Positions 23,865 to 37,329 of a stretch of 64,000 nt of DNA are shown here, piece after piece. The notes under the pieces were generated by a model. It ran no database searches. It had not been told where the DNA came from and saw only the letters and a program-made list of their open reading frames with translations. A program made the translations under genes and the position numbers. Each line of letters begins with the position of its first letter. The stretch's first letter is position 1. The DNA is taken from assembly GCA_030704615.1 (NCBI GenBank), contig CM060732.1, forward strand, positions 58,342,001-58,406,000, in the 5' to 3' direction. This stretch comes from Takakia lepidozioides. Taxonomy: Eukaryota; Plantae; Bryophyta.

Positions 23865-26460
23865 ATGGAGGAACTAACAAACTATACGCTCGCAATATTA
23901 CTTACGCAATGGCATAGGGACGGAAGAACAGAGCGAATCTTTTCTCTTAATCGATGCTTGCAAGCCCCGCAGGCTTACAAGAAATTACCCATAGCTTTTT
24001 GTGGCAACCATACGTTTATGCTTTGTGCCCTGTAGGCATTTCTTCAATTGTTACAGCCAAAACCTTTCTGTGGGTCTAGAATGAAGAGAGTGAGAGGAAT
24101 GGAAGAAATCAGGGTGAAGAGCACCACAATCCTGCAGAAACAAACGATTGCTACTCCACAGGCGGTACAGTTACTGAAGGAGCTGCGATTGGAAGGATTG
24201 CAAAGCAAAGATTGGACATTGCACCATAGACAGTACATGTTACAATTCTTGCAGAACTTTGAGCCTAGGACAGGAGCAACAACGGTGAAGGGAGTTGAAT
24301 TATAAATTACTCCCCTATACCTACAGCAATTGTTTCAATTGCCACCAGGTCAGGTGCATGTGGAGGAGCACAGGGCAAGACTGCAAATAGGGGACTTATT
24401 CCAAGAAGGGAGTTTATTTAAAACTCAGGGTTATGCTTGTACCAAGGCCGTGTACCCAGGGCTAAGGGAGGTAGGCCAGGTATTGAACGTTCTGTTTGCC
24501 ATGAAACAGAACCAACAGTATTTGAGCAGATCCTTCACAGAGGAAATACTCAAAGCCCTGAGAGGAGAAGAGGTAGCATGGGCGGACATAATGTACAACG
24601 CACTGGTAGAGGAGATGAAAAGATTACAGGGCACTGCCGCAAAGTCTCCTATCATAGTGTCTGGCCCAATCATTGCTCAAATAATTCTTGATTCTTGCAT
24701 ACTTGATGCTCGAGAAAGAAGGGAGATGGGAGTGTTTGAGACTGAAACCACTGCAATGGAAGAGCAAGGTTCTTCACACAGTGAGGGTGGACTGGCAGGG
24801 CAACCCCAGACTAAGAGACAGAGTCGGGGAAAGACTGTAGTGGCGGATCCATTGGCTTCACGGAAACCGCATGATAATGTTTCCCAAGCTCTTGTGCAGG
24901 TAGGGGCACAACACCACAGAGAACTGCTATTATTGGAAGCAGGACCTTCAGAGAGGGAAGAGGAAGTTACTTCAGTATCACAGCCATCACAGCCAGATGA
25001 TCGGCTTGTCACAGAGTTACCACAAGTTGTCCATGCAGTTCCACCAGAAATAATTGATTTGGAGAAAGAAGGGTTAGATATTCCCACTACAGAACGGGTG
25101 GTGGCAGAAATTGAGAAGGGGGACCTTCTCTATGAATATTCTGGTCTGGTCAAGGAAACAGTGATTCCGGAGGTGCAACGGTTGTCCAGGGGAAACCCTG
25201 CGGTGCATATAATACACACACCTGTGACGGAGGTACCAGAGGTAGAATGTCAAGACACTGCAGCACCGGTGACGGATGAAGTAGTTCAGGAAGAAAATCT
25301 GGTGGGGCAATGGCCTGAGTGGTTCGTGAGGCATCACACTGTTGAGGATCAGGGAGAACAGCAGCAAGCTCACCATGATGACCCTCAACAGGCCATGCTT
25401 ATGGGTTCCATAAGCAGGACACTTAATTTGTTGGGGACTTATGTCAAATCCCATGTTCCAACTACCCAATTGGCAGCTTTGAGGGAGGAACTCGGGACGG
25501 AGTTTGAGGCTCGACTTGCCACTGTGTGCAAACAAGGTCGATGAAGAAATCACTCTCAAGATGCAGCAAGACTTGGAGAGTATAGAAGTGGCTTTGCAAT
25601 TGGCCAAGGAACAATTAATTGAGGCAGGTCTCGCGCAAGACCAGTTGCACGAAGCACATAAACAACAGCTATACCAAATGCAGGTGAAGCATGAAAGCAA
25701 GTTGCAAGAAGTGAATGCACTACATACGGAGTTGCAGACAGTGCATGACAGGATGGCCATACAATGCGCTACACTCACAACTATGCTTGACCAAGCTACA
25801 ATAGAAATAAACAGTCAAGCGGAAAGATGTACGAAGGTAGAGACAGAGAATGTTGAGCAATTGAAACTCATTGTCGATATGAAGAATACAATCTGTCGCA
25901 ATGAGAATACTTTCAAACAATACAGGCAGGTTGAAGCTGACCAAGAGAGGTACATCCTGGAGTTGCAACAAACGCTCATGGTAAATAGAAATGAACTCTC
26001 TGTGGCTAACAAGGCTTGGAAGGAAGCCAATAATCTGGCTGCTGCCTATGCGAGTTTGGTTGAACCTCATGCAAAGCGCATGGAGGCTTTATAGCAGCAG
26101 ATGGATGTGTACAAGCTCACAGAGGAGAAAACTCTAAGAGGTGTCACAAGCAACTTGGTGGATAACCACCTTATGCAGGTCTGGTTAACACAAGGGCCGA
26201 TAGAGGGCAAAGCACCAAGAAAGCTCACCCAAAGCGAGATGAATGAGCTCAGACTGCAAGTGCAGAACATTGCCACAACTACTATAGACAATGTCTATAG
26301 TAGGATAGCAGAGTTACAGGAGGATGTAGACGGCCTGCAGACTCAAGTGGAGGACCTCACTTCAAATATCGACAAAAGAGTCTGTATACCTGAGGAACAG
26401 CTAATGGCTTCTTATTTACAAGCGAGAACTTTAGCTTTTCAGTCTTCTTCACAGGAACAG
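23865..26460 (+). pseudogene. Extra 3' ORF of family A (Athila-ORF/plant transposon protein-like N-terminus plus coiled coil)
   Basis: QFLQNF..TTVKGVE..ITP..LQQLFQLP...V.WADIMYNALVEE followed by a long heptad E/Q/L-rich region; conserved in three copies. Confidence 0.7.
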
Positions 26461-26940
26461 GAATAGGGCTAATCTGTCTTGGAACATCATCCTCAGGGGG
26501 GCTACGTTCTTCCACAAAGTCTTCGTCTTCGGAGTCAACACTCTCCACCTGCATGTTCACCTCCAAAGTATAAGAGTATAGTCTTGTCCAAAATGTAACA
26601 TGTTGCATAAAACAGGGAATCTCCAAATTGACCGTGCTAGTTTCCATACAGTAGTCCACCGTACATGTACAGTAGAGGGCCGTTCAACATTAGCATTCTA
26701 AGGGCTTCATCCTAAGTTATGTCTGCGAGAAGTGAGGCGAGAGATGCACGTCACTCACCATGGGATAACCCAACAGTGGATCCCGGTCGTTGGCAAACAA
26801 ATGCAATTTGGCAGTTTCCACGAATTGGAGTCGACGCCCATGGCAGTCATTGTAGGGACACATTATCTTTGAAATACCCAGTCTAGTTGCACGTCGTTCC
26901 TCGATTTGCCAAAGTCTTGCGTCAGTGTCGGGCACCGCAG
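26461..26940 (-). pseudogene. Possible CACTA transposase N-terminus (transposase-associated domain)
   Basis: KIMCPYNDCHGRRLQFVETAKLHLFANDRDP resembles the CPCxxC...HL...G motif; GT-AG intron-like break. Confidence 0.5.
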
Positions 26941-27145
26941 TGCGGCGCTAGGTGTTTCTAGTTCCGGCCTCTCTCATCCCCCACGAAACGCTTCTGGGTT
27001 TGATTAGTTTTTGAAGTGGGAAGTCAGCAAGTGCTCGGATGTGGGGAACCTACGCCTGGCTTGCAGGCGTTGGAGTATTCGTATGGCGGGTCCACCTCCC
27101 CTCTATTTCCTACATGCGCTCCTTCTATTGTTTGATCAATAGATC

Positions 27146-28010
27146 ATGGTAGTCTTGTTTGAGGTCGATTACTGCGATTTGAGCGACGAGGAGGAACCCG
27201 CCATGGCACGGACACGCAGCAGCAGGACCCCCCAAGCACATAGTGCCCGTGCCCCCACCACCTCTGCAAGAAGACCCTACCCGACTGCTCTGGCTTCCCG
27301 CACACTTGCACCCAAGCCCTCTGCACCCAAGGCCTCTACACCGACACCCCTCCATGCACTGCCTACAAGGAAGAACGAGAGAGGCGCATAACGACCAACA
27401 AGGAGACGTTGTCTCAGCTGAACATTGGGGAGCGTTGCGCGCAGGTGAGCAGATCACCCTTGTCCTTAGTATGCATGCTACACAGGTAGTGAGTAGGGGT
27501 TTCCCACCACATTAGCCTACTGCTTTTCCCTCCCATAGGTTTGATGGTGATGACACTTTCACGATCGCCTTTTGTTTAGGGCAAGATTCTCACAGGGTTT
27601 TGGAAATGTGTGCGCATCATAGCCAGGAGTGTACAACGACCGACTATGAGCTCCAAAGTTCTGTGGAACGGGCCTCCTCGACAAAGCGGGCGCTTGAAAG
27701 AACTAGCATTACCTTCGATGGCGGAGGAAGAGCCCGAGACTCCCCAGCTGGTGGGCTCTGAGGCAGAGGAACTCGACGAGCGTGATCAGGAGCTCGATGA
27801 GGATTACAACATAGATGACGACGACGATTCGGAGGAGGAAATGGACGAGGACCTAGAGGAGGACGAGGATGGAGATGATGTGGACAAGGTATCAGATTTG
27901 GAGAACTACATCAGTGGTGCATGTGGACTGACCGTGCCTCCCAATGCAACGCATGCTCCGAGGGCACCAAAACGGCCAGCTCCTCTTCCACGAGAGGTAA
28001 GTGGACATTT
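27146..28010 (+). pseudogene. Spliced acidic/low-complexity gene fragment, possibly CACTA TnpA-like
   Basis: MARTR start; donor sites CAG|GTGAG (~27444) and GAG|GTAAG (~27996); long D/E tract. Confidence 0.35.
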
Positions 28011-28354
28011 TCTTTTTGATTTTTTTAGGTTTTTGGCAGGGTTCATGTGCTTGATATGAGAATGCCCCGAGCACGGTTGGGATAAGGGTCACATCTTCCA
28101 AGTAAAAAAGTTGTAATGACAAGCAATGGGCTTTTGCAATGTGCTCCCCTCTGTTTTCAAATGGGTGCACATGAGTGGGGGGGGATGAAAGGACTTCACC
28201 AGTTGCACGAGACATTGGATCTGTCTACTACTTGGAACCCAATTTGTCAGTGACGTATTTTATTTTAAAGTCCAGCAATGTTTGTATGCTTGGGAGCTTT
28301 GATCCTTTGGCCGTCGCCTTTGCAGTAGTTGCTTTTGGTGTGCTCATGCATGTG

Positions 28355-29118
28355 GTCCCACGTGGGGACAGTTTTTGAGAAGATGGGGCCACGTATCGCG
28401 GGTCGCGTGGATGTGGGAACAGAGTGGGCACTACGGGGAAGGGAAGCTGGTGGGCTAGAAGGTGTGCTTGCGTCGATGACCCATGTATTGGGCATATCTG
28501 AATTTGAGGGTCTGTCGTAGTTGAGCATCAAATACGGCTTTAGTGTGCCAAAAAGGGTTGATAGTTTGTGGTGGAGTATAGTGGAATGGGTCCACTTTTG
28601 GATATATAGTTTGCTATGGCTAAGAGAGGCCGATGCTTGTTTATTAGCTTCTTTACTCAGACTAGAAAGAAGGTTCCGGATTGGCAGGGGTTCTGATGGG
28701 TCAGGTACCGGGTGTAGCAGCCAAAAGAGGTGTGTATGTGCGATGTGGATGGGGTCTGCCAAAGGTTCAACTGGGGGTTTGGAGGCCCCCAGTTGGGCAA
28801 GGAGGTCTGCCTCCTCGTTGCCGATGATGCTCGTGTGGGATCGAACTTTGAGAAAATGAATGGTTTTATTAATGGAGATAGCGAGTTTGATAATTGCAGA
28901 GATAAAGTTTCTATCAAGGTGATGGAGGTGGGAGGAAGGACAGACAAGGTGGTTACGGAGTATAAAGAGTGAGTTTAGGCTATCCGTGAAAATGTAGTAT
29001 GGTGGTGGGAACGAGGCTAATTATGAAATAATTTCATAAATAGCCATGAGTTCGGCCCGAAGTATGGTTGCAGGGCTTGGGAGTCGGTGGGCAGTCCCTG
29101 TGTTAGTGGCGGCATGGT
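28355..29118 (-). pseudogene. Non-LTR retrotransposon fragment: RNase H plus CCHC finger (RLE-type, Dualen/RandI-like)
   Basis: TILRAELMAIY..YIFTDSLNSL..FLKVRSHTSIIGNEEADLLAQLG, then QTLKFRYAQYMGHRRK..CPLC....DTWPHLL..C. Confidence 0.75.
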
Positions 29119-32100
29119 AGGAGTCCTAAAGGCGATTATAAGTAATAATTTATATCTTTTTATTTCCCTCCTCTTATTATTTCTACGGACGATTATAAAT
29201 AATAATTTACGTATTTCCATTTTCCCCTTGTTATGACTCCTTAGGGCCGTTCTAAGGAGTCCTAAGGACGAATATAAATAATAATTTATATCTTTCTATT
29301 TTTCCATCTTATGATTCTTTAGGGCGGCCCTAATGAGTCGTAAGGGCGATTAAACATAATAATTTATATCTTTCTTTTTCCCTCTCTTAGGACTTGTTAC
29401 CGTAATGAGTCATACGGACAATTATAAATAATAATTTATATCATTCCATTTTTCACCTCTTAGGATTCTTTAGGGCAGCCTTAATGCAAAATGCCAACTG
29501 AAAAATAAATGATTAAAAAAAACTCAGAAACCAGAGCAGAAGTGATGATCACTGTCGATCATCACCACATCTAACCAAATGCCAAAGTCATGTCACTTAA
29601 CTCCATGTATTGTTTTTTATTTTTACTGTACATAATTAATCGTTAGAACATGTAAGAAACCAGGCCCTTTGATGACATGGAATTATATTACTGAAAATGT
29701 GTATTTTAAATCACTATTTAAAAAAAACCCTCCAACAGAATTTTGAAAAATATTTGAAAAATTCAGGATGTTCCCCATAAATATTTAAAAAAAATTGGGA
29801 TCGCCGCACTGGCAGTCCAACTTTTAAAAAAAAATTATATATTGGCAGGAAAAATCAGGACAGCCAGTGCTGGCGGTCCTATTATCAAAATCAAAGATAA
29901 AATTGGGACCACAAGCGCTGACGGTCCCGTATTATTTTAAAAAAATAAAATGAGAAATCGGGACAACCAGAGGTAATGGTCCTAATTTTGATTTTGTTTT
30001 TAAGATCATTATTTTAAAAAAACGGGGACTGCCAGCGTTGGCGGACTTGATTTAGGTGTTATCCATATTTTTTATTTAAAAGTTAATCACAAAAGCTGAC
30101 GGTCCCCAATTAAATTTTTATTAAAAAAAAACGGGATCATCAGCGCTGACCTCTAAATAAAAAATTGAGGAAATATTTTTGATCATTTACTTTTTAAAAC
30201 TTTCAAACTAAAGATTTGAGATACGTCAAAAAACATAATGAGGTAATATTCTAATTATTAACATTTTAAAACCTCCAACTAAAGTCTTGAGATACCTCCA
30301 AAAATATAATTGAGGTAATATTTTAATTTTCTATTTTCTTACAACTCAAACTGAAATTTTGAGATGCCTCAGAAAACATAATTGAGATTATATTTTAATT
30401 TTTTTTAAGACTCAAATTAAAATTGTGTGATACCTCAAAAACAGAATTGAAGTTATATGGGTAAAAGAGAAAACAAAATTTGAAAGATGGTAGGAGGTCT
30501 AAAAACTTCCGTTTTTTTCTAGCTCTGTAACAAGGTAGAATCTAAAAGGTTCTAGATGAAAGATGCAAGTTTCCTAGAAGTATCCTAGAAGTTTTCAAAA
30601 TAACTATAAGGTTCCTAGGAAGTTTGACTCGAGGCTCTAAAGTCAAACCTATAAGATATTTATATTATAGAGAGTAGGTCAAATGTTTGATAAAGTCGTA
30701 TTGTGGAGAATATGTCAAACCTATGAAGGTTGACTTTAAGAGGTTTTGACTTAAGGCTCTCATCAAACCTTTAAAATAATCATATTGTGAATGATATATA
30801 AACATGCAATGAAAGCCTAGAAGACATCGAAGAAAAAATTGAGAAGTACTTATATTCTAGTTTGTGTACACCATGGGTGTTACAAGCTCCCATACCAAAA
30901 TAAAATAAATAAACATTACAAAACAATTGTACGTTGGCAGTCAAAAGATTTTCTTAATGCACATATCTAGACTTCAATTATTTAATTTAATCGGGACCGC
31001 CAGTGCCAATTTTTCTATGAAAAATATTGTTTTTTACATAAAAATAAAATCATGATTTATTTACAATTTAACAGGACTACCAACATAGGCAGTCCCAAGG
31101 TTTTCTTAATTTTATCAAAATTGGGACCGCCAGCGCTGGCGGTCCCAATTTATTTATTATTCGGACCGTCGGCGTTAGTGGTCCCGATTCAAAGTGAAAT
31201 GGACCACCGGCATAGACGGTCCCGACTTTTTCTTAATTTTTATCTAGGATAGCAAGACGGTACGGATTTTTTTATTTGTGTTTTATAAATATCATGATCG
31301 ATAGCTTTACTGGCAGTCATGATTTGTTTTTATTTTGTTAAATAATTTGGGATCGCCATTGGTGGCTGTCAAGATTTTTTTTCTAATTAAGAGATAAATC
31401 AGGACCCGGTTTCATTTTATTTTAATTTGTAAAACTGGGAACGCCTTGGCTGGTGGTCCCAATTACATTTCCATTTTCAAAAACAAAATCGATACGGCCA
31501 ACGTTGGCCGTCCCATTTTAGATAAAAATCACCATTGATTCGTGTGAATTTATGTTTAAAGATTATTCGATTAAACTCATGACCGCCGATGGTGACAATC
31601 CTAGAGCTGCCGGTCATGGAGCTGCCGGTCCCAGCGTCAATTGTTGGTTTTTATAATATATTAGGACCGCCAACTCAATCACAGCTATGATGTTAGTACA
31701 ACACTAATTCACCCTTGGAGACTATTCAAAACGTTCATGAATGTGACCCTGTAATGACAATCACGTACCTCAGAAAGGTATAATAAATAAATAAACAATG
31801 AATTGAATGAAATATAAAGAGCATTTAACCAACTAAGGTTCATTCCCTTCGTCATTATCACCGTCGATTTGATGGACGGATGTCATTTATTCTTCTAGTA
31901 TCTTTTGAAAATAATAACCAGCTAAGGTGCATGTAAGTACCAATACATGATATTATTTAATCATTTTTTCTCGAGTGTCCACTATTATAATAATAAAAAA
32001 TTCCTTCAAATCTGCCTCTTCATATGGACGGATCAGATCGAGCCTCTTATTTTTTCATCCATCCGCTGACATGACCATCTTTCATTCATATTGTAATTCC

Positions 32101-32700
32101 ATCGATCTGTAAATTCATCCAGTGATTCCGAAGCCTGGGCTCACACGCTCATGGCCCACGCTCAGCCGTAGCGTTGCTATAAACCCGTGCACATGAGCAA
32201 GTTGGAGCGACCAATCAACGACATACACAATTTTTTGTTACCCCAGTTATCTGTATCACGTTAGTTTAAAGTGTCAGCATTATAATTTCTGGCCGGTGTG
32301 AAAAGTGTAACACGTAAGTGTTAACGTCCATCGAAAATTACACTCAAAACAAAAAAAAAACAAAACAAAACACTTAAATTAAATTAAATTATAGTAATTA
32401 AAAAATACGTTAGAATTGCTTGGCCGTCGGCGACGGTAAGATGACTGTCGGCATCGTCCAGCGGTCGCCTCACCACCCCGAAAATTAGCTTTAACAAAAA
32501 AAACGCATAGCCACGGTCCCAATATTTATATTATTTTTAATCAATATCAGGACCGCCAGATCTGGCAGTCCCAATTTTATTATCATCAAGGCCATGAAAG
32601 CTGACGATCCTAATTATTAATAATTATGAATATTTGGACCGCCCAAGCTCATGAACCCAATTTTACTTCAAAATTAAAAACTTTAAAATAATTGACTATT
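29118..32700 (+). repeat. Second copy of the palindrome-array block, ending in a TIR-like segment
   Basis: Matches 10909-13530; 32217-32660 is the inverse of 7650-8930. Confidence 0.85.
30526..30884. mobile_element. Solo LTR (359 bp)
   Basis: TGTAACA...TGTTACA termini; 5-bp TSD AGCTC; empty site in the paralogue at ~12927. Confidence 0.9.
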
Positions 32701-32799
32701 GTCGATTGTCGCCCGACGGAGCCTTAGTTATCAGCGTCACGTTAGTTGCGTCACGTTAGGTCCCGTCAATTCCGATGTTCACGCGATCTACGTATGGTC

Positions 32800-33295
32800 C
32801 GACAGTGCATCAAAAAACTGCGTATGCAAGTATGGTATTCTTAATATATGTATGCGTAATATATCTTCTTGTGCGTAGACAGATACGGTATTCCTAATAT
32901 ATGTATGTGTAACGTATCTTCTCTATGAAAAAATACGTATGGCTCAACATGTTTTAGCCACACACTTTTTAGAAATAGCGTTTAGTCCTAATGCCCAAGC
33001 AAGGGGCTAGAGTGTGTGGGCCATGTAGACAGCTTGTGCACGTGGCGAATAAGGGCGGTGACTTGTGTGTCACCGTGGCATTGAAGGCTCGCCGGCAGTG
33101 CAGCTAGCGGCCTGTCGGCACCGCCTCATCATGAATGTTGTTTAGTATTCGCCGCCACTACAGCTTGGCGGCAAATGCGATGCCCTCCTCTGCCATCCCA
33201 TGTGGGAATGAGACCCATACCCCTCTTAGGATGTTCAGAGCAAAAATGCATCAAAAATTTGTGTAGGCAGGTATGATATTCATAATATATGTATT
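32800..33295 (+). repeat. Satellite array (1 full plus 1 partial hairpin module)
   Basis: Same modules as 3945-6360. Confidence 0.9.
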
Positions 33296-33511
33296 GTAAG
33301 TAAAAAATAGAGGGTCTTATCGCCCATGCCACACATCCTATTAGTACTCTATTTATCCTAGACTGCAGCGGAAGAGAAAACCTGGCATAAACGGGAATCT
33401 TATTGCTTCTCTCAACATGTCATCTTCTTTCTTTGATTTATCATCCCTAGAGCATGAAGTTGTGCCCTTCATCTATGAGTCATTCACTTCCATATACATC
33501 CGACATCACTC

Positions 33512-34230
33512 CCTAGTTGCAAATTTGGACGTGACGCTGACGTCCGATGTCAGCGACGGACGTGCGTCACGTCACGTCACATCACGTCCTAAACCGACGT
33601 TATTGTACATAAATATGTTTACTTTTTTTACTTTACTATTGACTATTTACTATGAGAACCGACGTGGCAACCGATGTGGCCTCATTACGTGGACTTCATT
33701 ATTTATCTGTAAAATTCATATATTATGATTTATATTGTCAATCATGCGACCGTCAACAAAGGTTGGTCGGATTTTTTTTTAAAACAAAAATAGGTACGAC
33801 CACCAGAAATGGGTGGTTGCACATTTTTTCTTATTTTTTAAATGGGTGCGACCACCAGCAGGTGGTGGTCACAGCATTTTCAATTTTTTTTAATAGGTGT
33901 GACCACAAGCAGATGGTGGTCACATTTATTTATTTATTTTTAAATTGGGTACGACCACCAGTAGATGATGGTCGTAACTTTTTCATTTTTTTAAAATAGG
34001 TGCAACCACCAGCAGGTGGTGGTCGCAACTTTTTCATTTTTTTAAATATGTGCAACCACCAGCAGGGGATGGTCGCACATTTTTAATTATTTTTTAAATG
34101 GGTGCGACCATCAGCCAGTGGTGGTCGCAAATTTTTTTTTTTTGTTATTAGGTGTGACCACTTATGGGGGGTCGCACATTTTCGTTTTGTTTTAAGAAAA
34201 AATGCGACCACCCATAGGTGTGACCGCTCC
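33512..34230 (+). repeat. hAT-like left subterminal region: CACGTC-rich tract plus 10 palindromic units at ~51-bp period
   Basis: TGCGACCACCA-GCAGG-TGGTGGTCGCA units; same layout as 46513-47230. Confidence 0.7.
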
Positions 34231-36829
34231 CTAGACACGTGGCAAAGTGTGAATAGGCAGCAGAGGCGGTCGCGCATCAGGCCTCTCCAGGCAGTACATA
34301 AGGGCTTACCCCTCATTCCCAACCCATTTTTTTCCCTCTCTGTGAGTGCGGTTCTGGGGCTTCTTAGAGTTTGAACTTCGGTGACCAGGACTGAGCGTAA
34401 GGGGGGGGGGGAAAAAAAAATGGATTTGTGTGGGGGAGGAGTTTTTGCCTTTTTTTCCTTGGACTACGGGAGAGTTTGCTTTGGGTACTATACCAATAGA
34501 GGGTGAGGAAATTGGTCTGCTAGTATATAAAGTTATCAATAGTCTGGGTTTAGTTTTCCGTTACGAAGCCGCGTCTATTCCGCAGAGTACTTTCATCATG
34601 TCCGGAAACGTTGCTTCGAACGCGGTGTAGTGTGAATGCAGGGGAGTAACATTAAATTTTTGTTTTACCACTAAGATTCTGCATTGCTACAAAGGGAGTG
34701 CCCGAGTACCAATGATAGGAGGAATATATCCCTGCCTACAGGTAATTTCATGGGCACACTATGCTAATGCTTTGCCAGGATAAAAAGTGGCTAAGTCATG
34801 ACCAAGAGTATTTTCATCCATAGGATGAATGTCTTTCATCGCAGATGTTTACCCTAGAAACGCGGGTCAAGGAAGACGAAGAGGAAGATGACGGGCACTC
34901 TGAGCAGTTGTTACGAACAGTGGAATTGGCAGGGCATTGTGTCTAGGGAAATTGCACCTACACAGGGGGGTTCTGGCTCGCTTTAAGAGAAGCGTTAAAG
35001 GCTACTGCTTAGTATTCTGTGCAGCAAGGGAAGCGGTGCCGCCTTCTTCATGGTGATGATCAGTTTCTGAAGGATATGCTTACAGGGAGAGCGGTGCACC
35101 ACCTGTGCCGCCATTGCCTTGATGAACATAGTTATGAGAGGATGAGTATGCAAGGAAAGCAGCCAGCTGCCAGAGAACATGGAAGTGGAGTTGTGGGCAC
35201 AATCAATGGAGAGGTAGAGCGGCTCGACACAGCGAGCAGCTACCAAAGCAAATGAAGGGCTGCATTGTGTGGATGGCAACTCAGGTTATCTGTAATTAAA
35301 GCTTCTAGATTATTTATGTCTTCTTGCTATAGGACCATATTAGTTCTTAGGGTAGAATTGCACATATAGTAAGATAGGGTATTTAGATGGCAAGCTACAG
35401 GGATGTTGCCATAGGCTGAAGCAGAGCCGTCATGGCCTAATGAACGCTGGAATCAAGACGAGAAGAGGAGTTAAGGTAGCTGCTGACGGAGATGGTGAGG
35501 TGCCATTTTGGCAGGCAGACCCACCGCTTCACTGGAGTATAAGACATATAAGTTGGTAGATTGGCTTCTTCCTTTTGGCACTAGAAATCGTTGTTGTGAA
35601 ATTTTGGTAGAGACTCTTTCAAAGTTGAGAGCACAATGAGGAGGGGAAAAAGACTTTGAGAAATGGAATGGAGACTCTGGACTTCAAACCAGGATGGGGT
35701 GGAGATGGATGGATCTGATGCCTTATTGTCTGTAGGGGAAATGAGTGAGGACAGATGTAGTTCACCACAATGACAGAATGTTTGATGTTTGTCTTGTCAT
35801 TTTTGCTCTTTTGGCTTCAGTGTCATGAGTCTGCACACAATGTTGCCCTGGGTTTGATGATTAGATATAATGCAAACCTAGCTTAGTTGATGAGGGCACT
35901 AGTGAGGTTAGCTGTAACCTCTTTGAAATCAGGGAAATGATGATGTGGATGGGGCTGCAAACCGACACTGATCTGGGGTCTAGATCTGATTCAGAATGGT
36001 CTCAGCATCTGAACAAATGAGCTTCACATCTGAAAAGGAAAAAAAGAGCTGTTGGGGTGTTTAGCTGTAGACCTGTAGAAGGGTTGGGAACTGTTGGGCA
36101 AACTGGGTTTCCCTTGGGGGCAAGCAGTGTGAGGGTCTGTAATTGGTTTGAGAGAGACTGATGAAAGAGTTGATCATGTCTTGTGTGACCAAGGTTGATT
36201 CCAAGGCTGGATGCACTGGATGCGTGGCTGAATGTGTCTTGCATTGCATTGTAGATAGGCTGCTGTTGGAAGAAAACAAGGAATCTTTACACCAGGAAGT
36301 AGAGAGAAAAGGTTTGGGAAGGGAGAGAGCTGCCCAGTAAAAGGGGTAATGAGGGATGGTCAACTGGGAGATAAGAGGAAAAACCATGACCTCTGCAGAG
36401 AACCAGTAGGCCTGCAGTTCATAGCAGATCTGAGCTGCCTTTCGCTCATCAGTGATCTCATTACAAAAAGGGGTTTTGACGTGTTTGTAGCTCAAGGGAG
36501 ATGCCCACATGGGTCGCATTTAGCTCCGTCATAGGGCTGGTTGCATCACTGAAAGCATCACGGCAGCACCGCTGGTGCTGCAAATGTAGAGCAAGATTGT
36601 TGTAAATCCAATGATAAGAAGAACCCAACTCCCCATCCATGTTTTCTCTTCCGCTGCGGCGTGGATGAGGATTTTATTTAACTCTGATCATGAACGAATG
36701 GAGGGAAACCCACAGCCGTGTGCCGCTGGTTAGATCACTAGGTTGTTCTTTCCTTTTGTTTTGTTTACTGGAGAGAAGTACAGTTAGAATCACACAGAAG
36801 GGGATTCATGCCCCTTCTTTCACACTACA

Positions 36830-37312
36830 GCAGTGTCAGGGGGTTCCTTGGGAAGTGGGCGTAAAGATAAGAAGCGTAAACATGCACATGAACGGGATAG
36901 TCAGGTCAACAAAAAAGACTATCCAAGCGCAGAGGCCGCGAAGGTGGTGAAGCAAGTAGTGCTGGATTATTTGAAGGACAATGCTATAATGCGTTTGAAT
37001 CTTTTGTATGTCCGACATGGGGAACGAGGGGTTCCTTAGATTCCAGCACAATATGGAGATGAGAATGAGGGAGGCTTTGGCCGGGGATGAATGGGAGGAG
37101 GACATGGCGAAGTTCCAGTTCACGAAATGGATGTAGGACCGGGCCCATGATGCCAAACGGAATCTGAGGCAAACCATGGACAAGTTTGTTACGAGAACAC
37201 CTGTAGCTGAAGGTCGCATGCCAACTTCGGAGGAGGAGTTGTTTGTGCTTGTGGATTGGTGGTCTGACATGGCAAAGGCCCACGCCAAACGACGTACGAA
37301 ACCACTCCCATA
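36830..37312 (+). pseudogene. Degenerate coding fragment, possibly CACTA TnpA/Ptta-like
   Basis: Frameshifted ORF with W...A...KRNLR..M...P......LVDWWSD pattern. Confidence 0.3.
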
Positions 37313-37329
37313 AATGGTATTTCAGCCCA

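Larger units (their letters stand above)
20436..26460 (+). mobile_element. Ty3/Gypsy family A copy 1 (RT-RNaseH-INT-30-bp repeats-extra ORF), truncated at both ends
   Basis: RT motifs DGFSGYNQ, MPFGLCNAPATFQ, FLDD; RNase H HCDAS..NYSTTEREALA; INT HHCC, LDFVGP, SDQG, GQAE, GPY; no LTRs. Confidence 0.95.

Noticed and set aside
33745-34225. CRISPR-like palindromic repeat/spacer arrays (also 46738-47230 and 13918-14865)
   Set aside because: Spacers are low-complexity or too long, repeats are degenerate, there are no cas genes, and the context is eukaryotic TE.
35600-36520. Possible LINE ORF1 relic (also 63623-64000)
   Set aside because: Only compositional hints; no motif clear enough to call.
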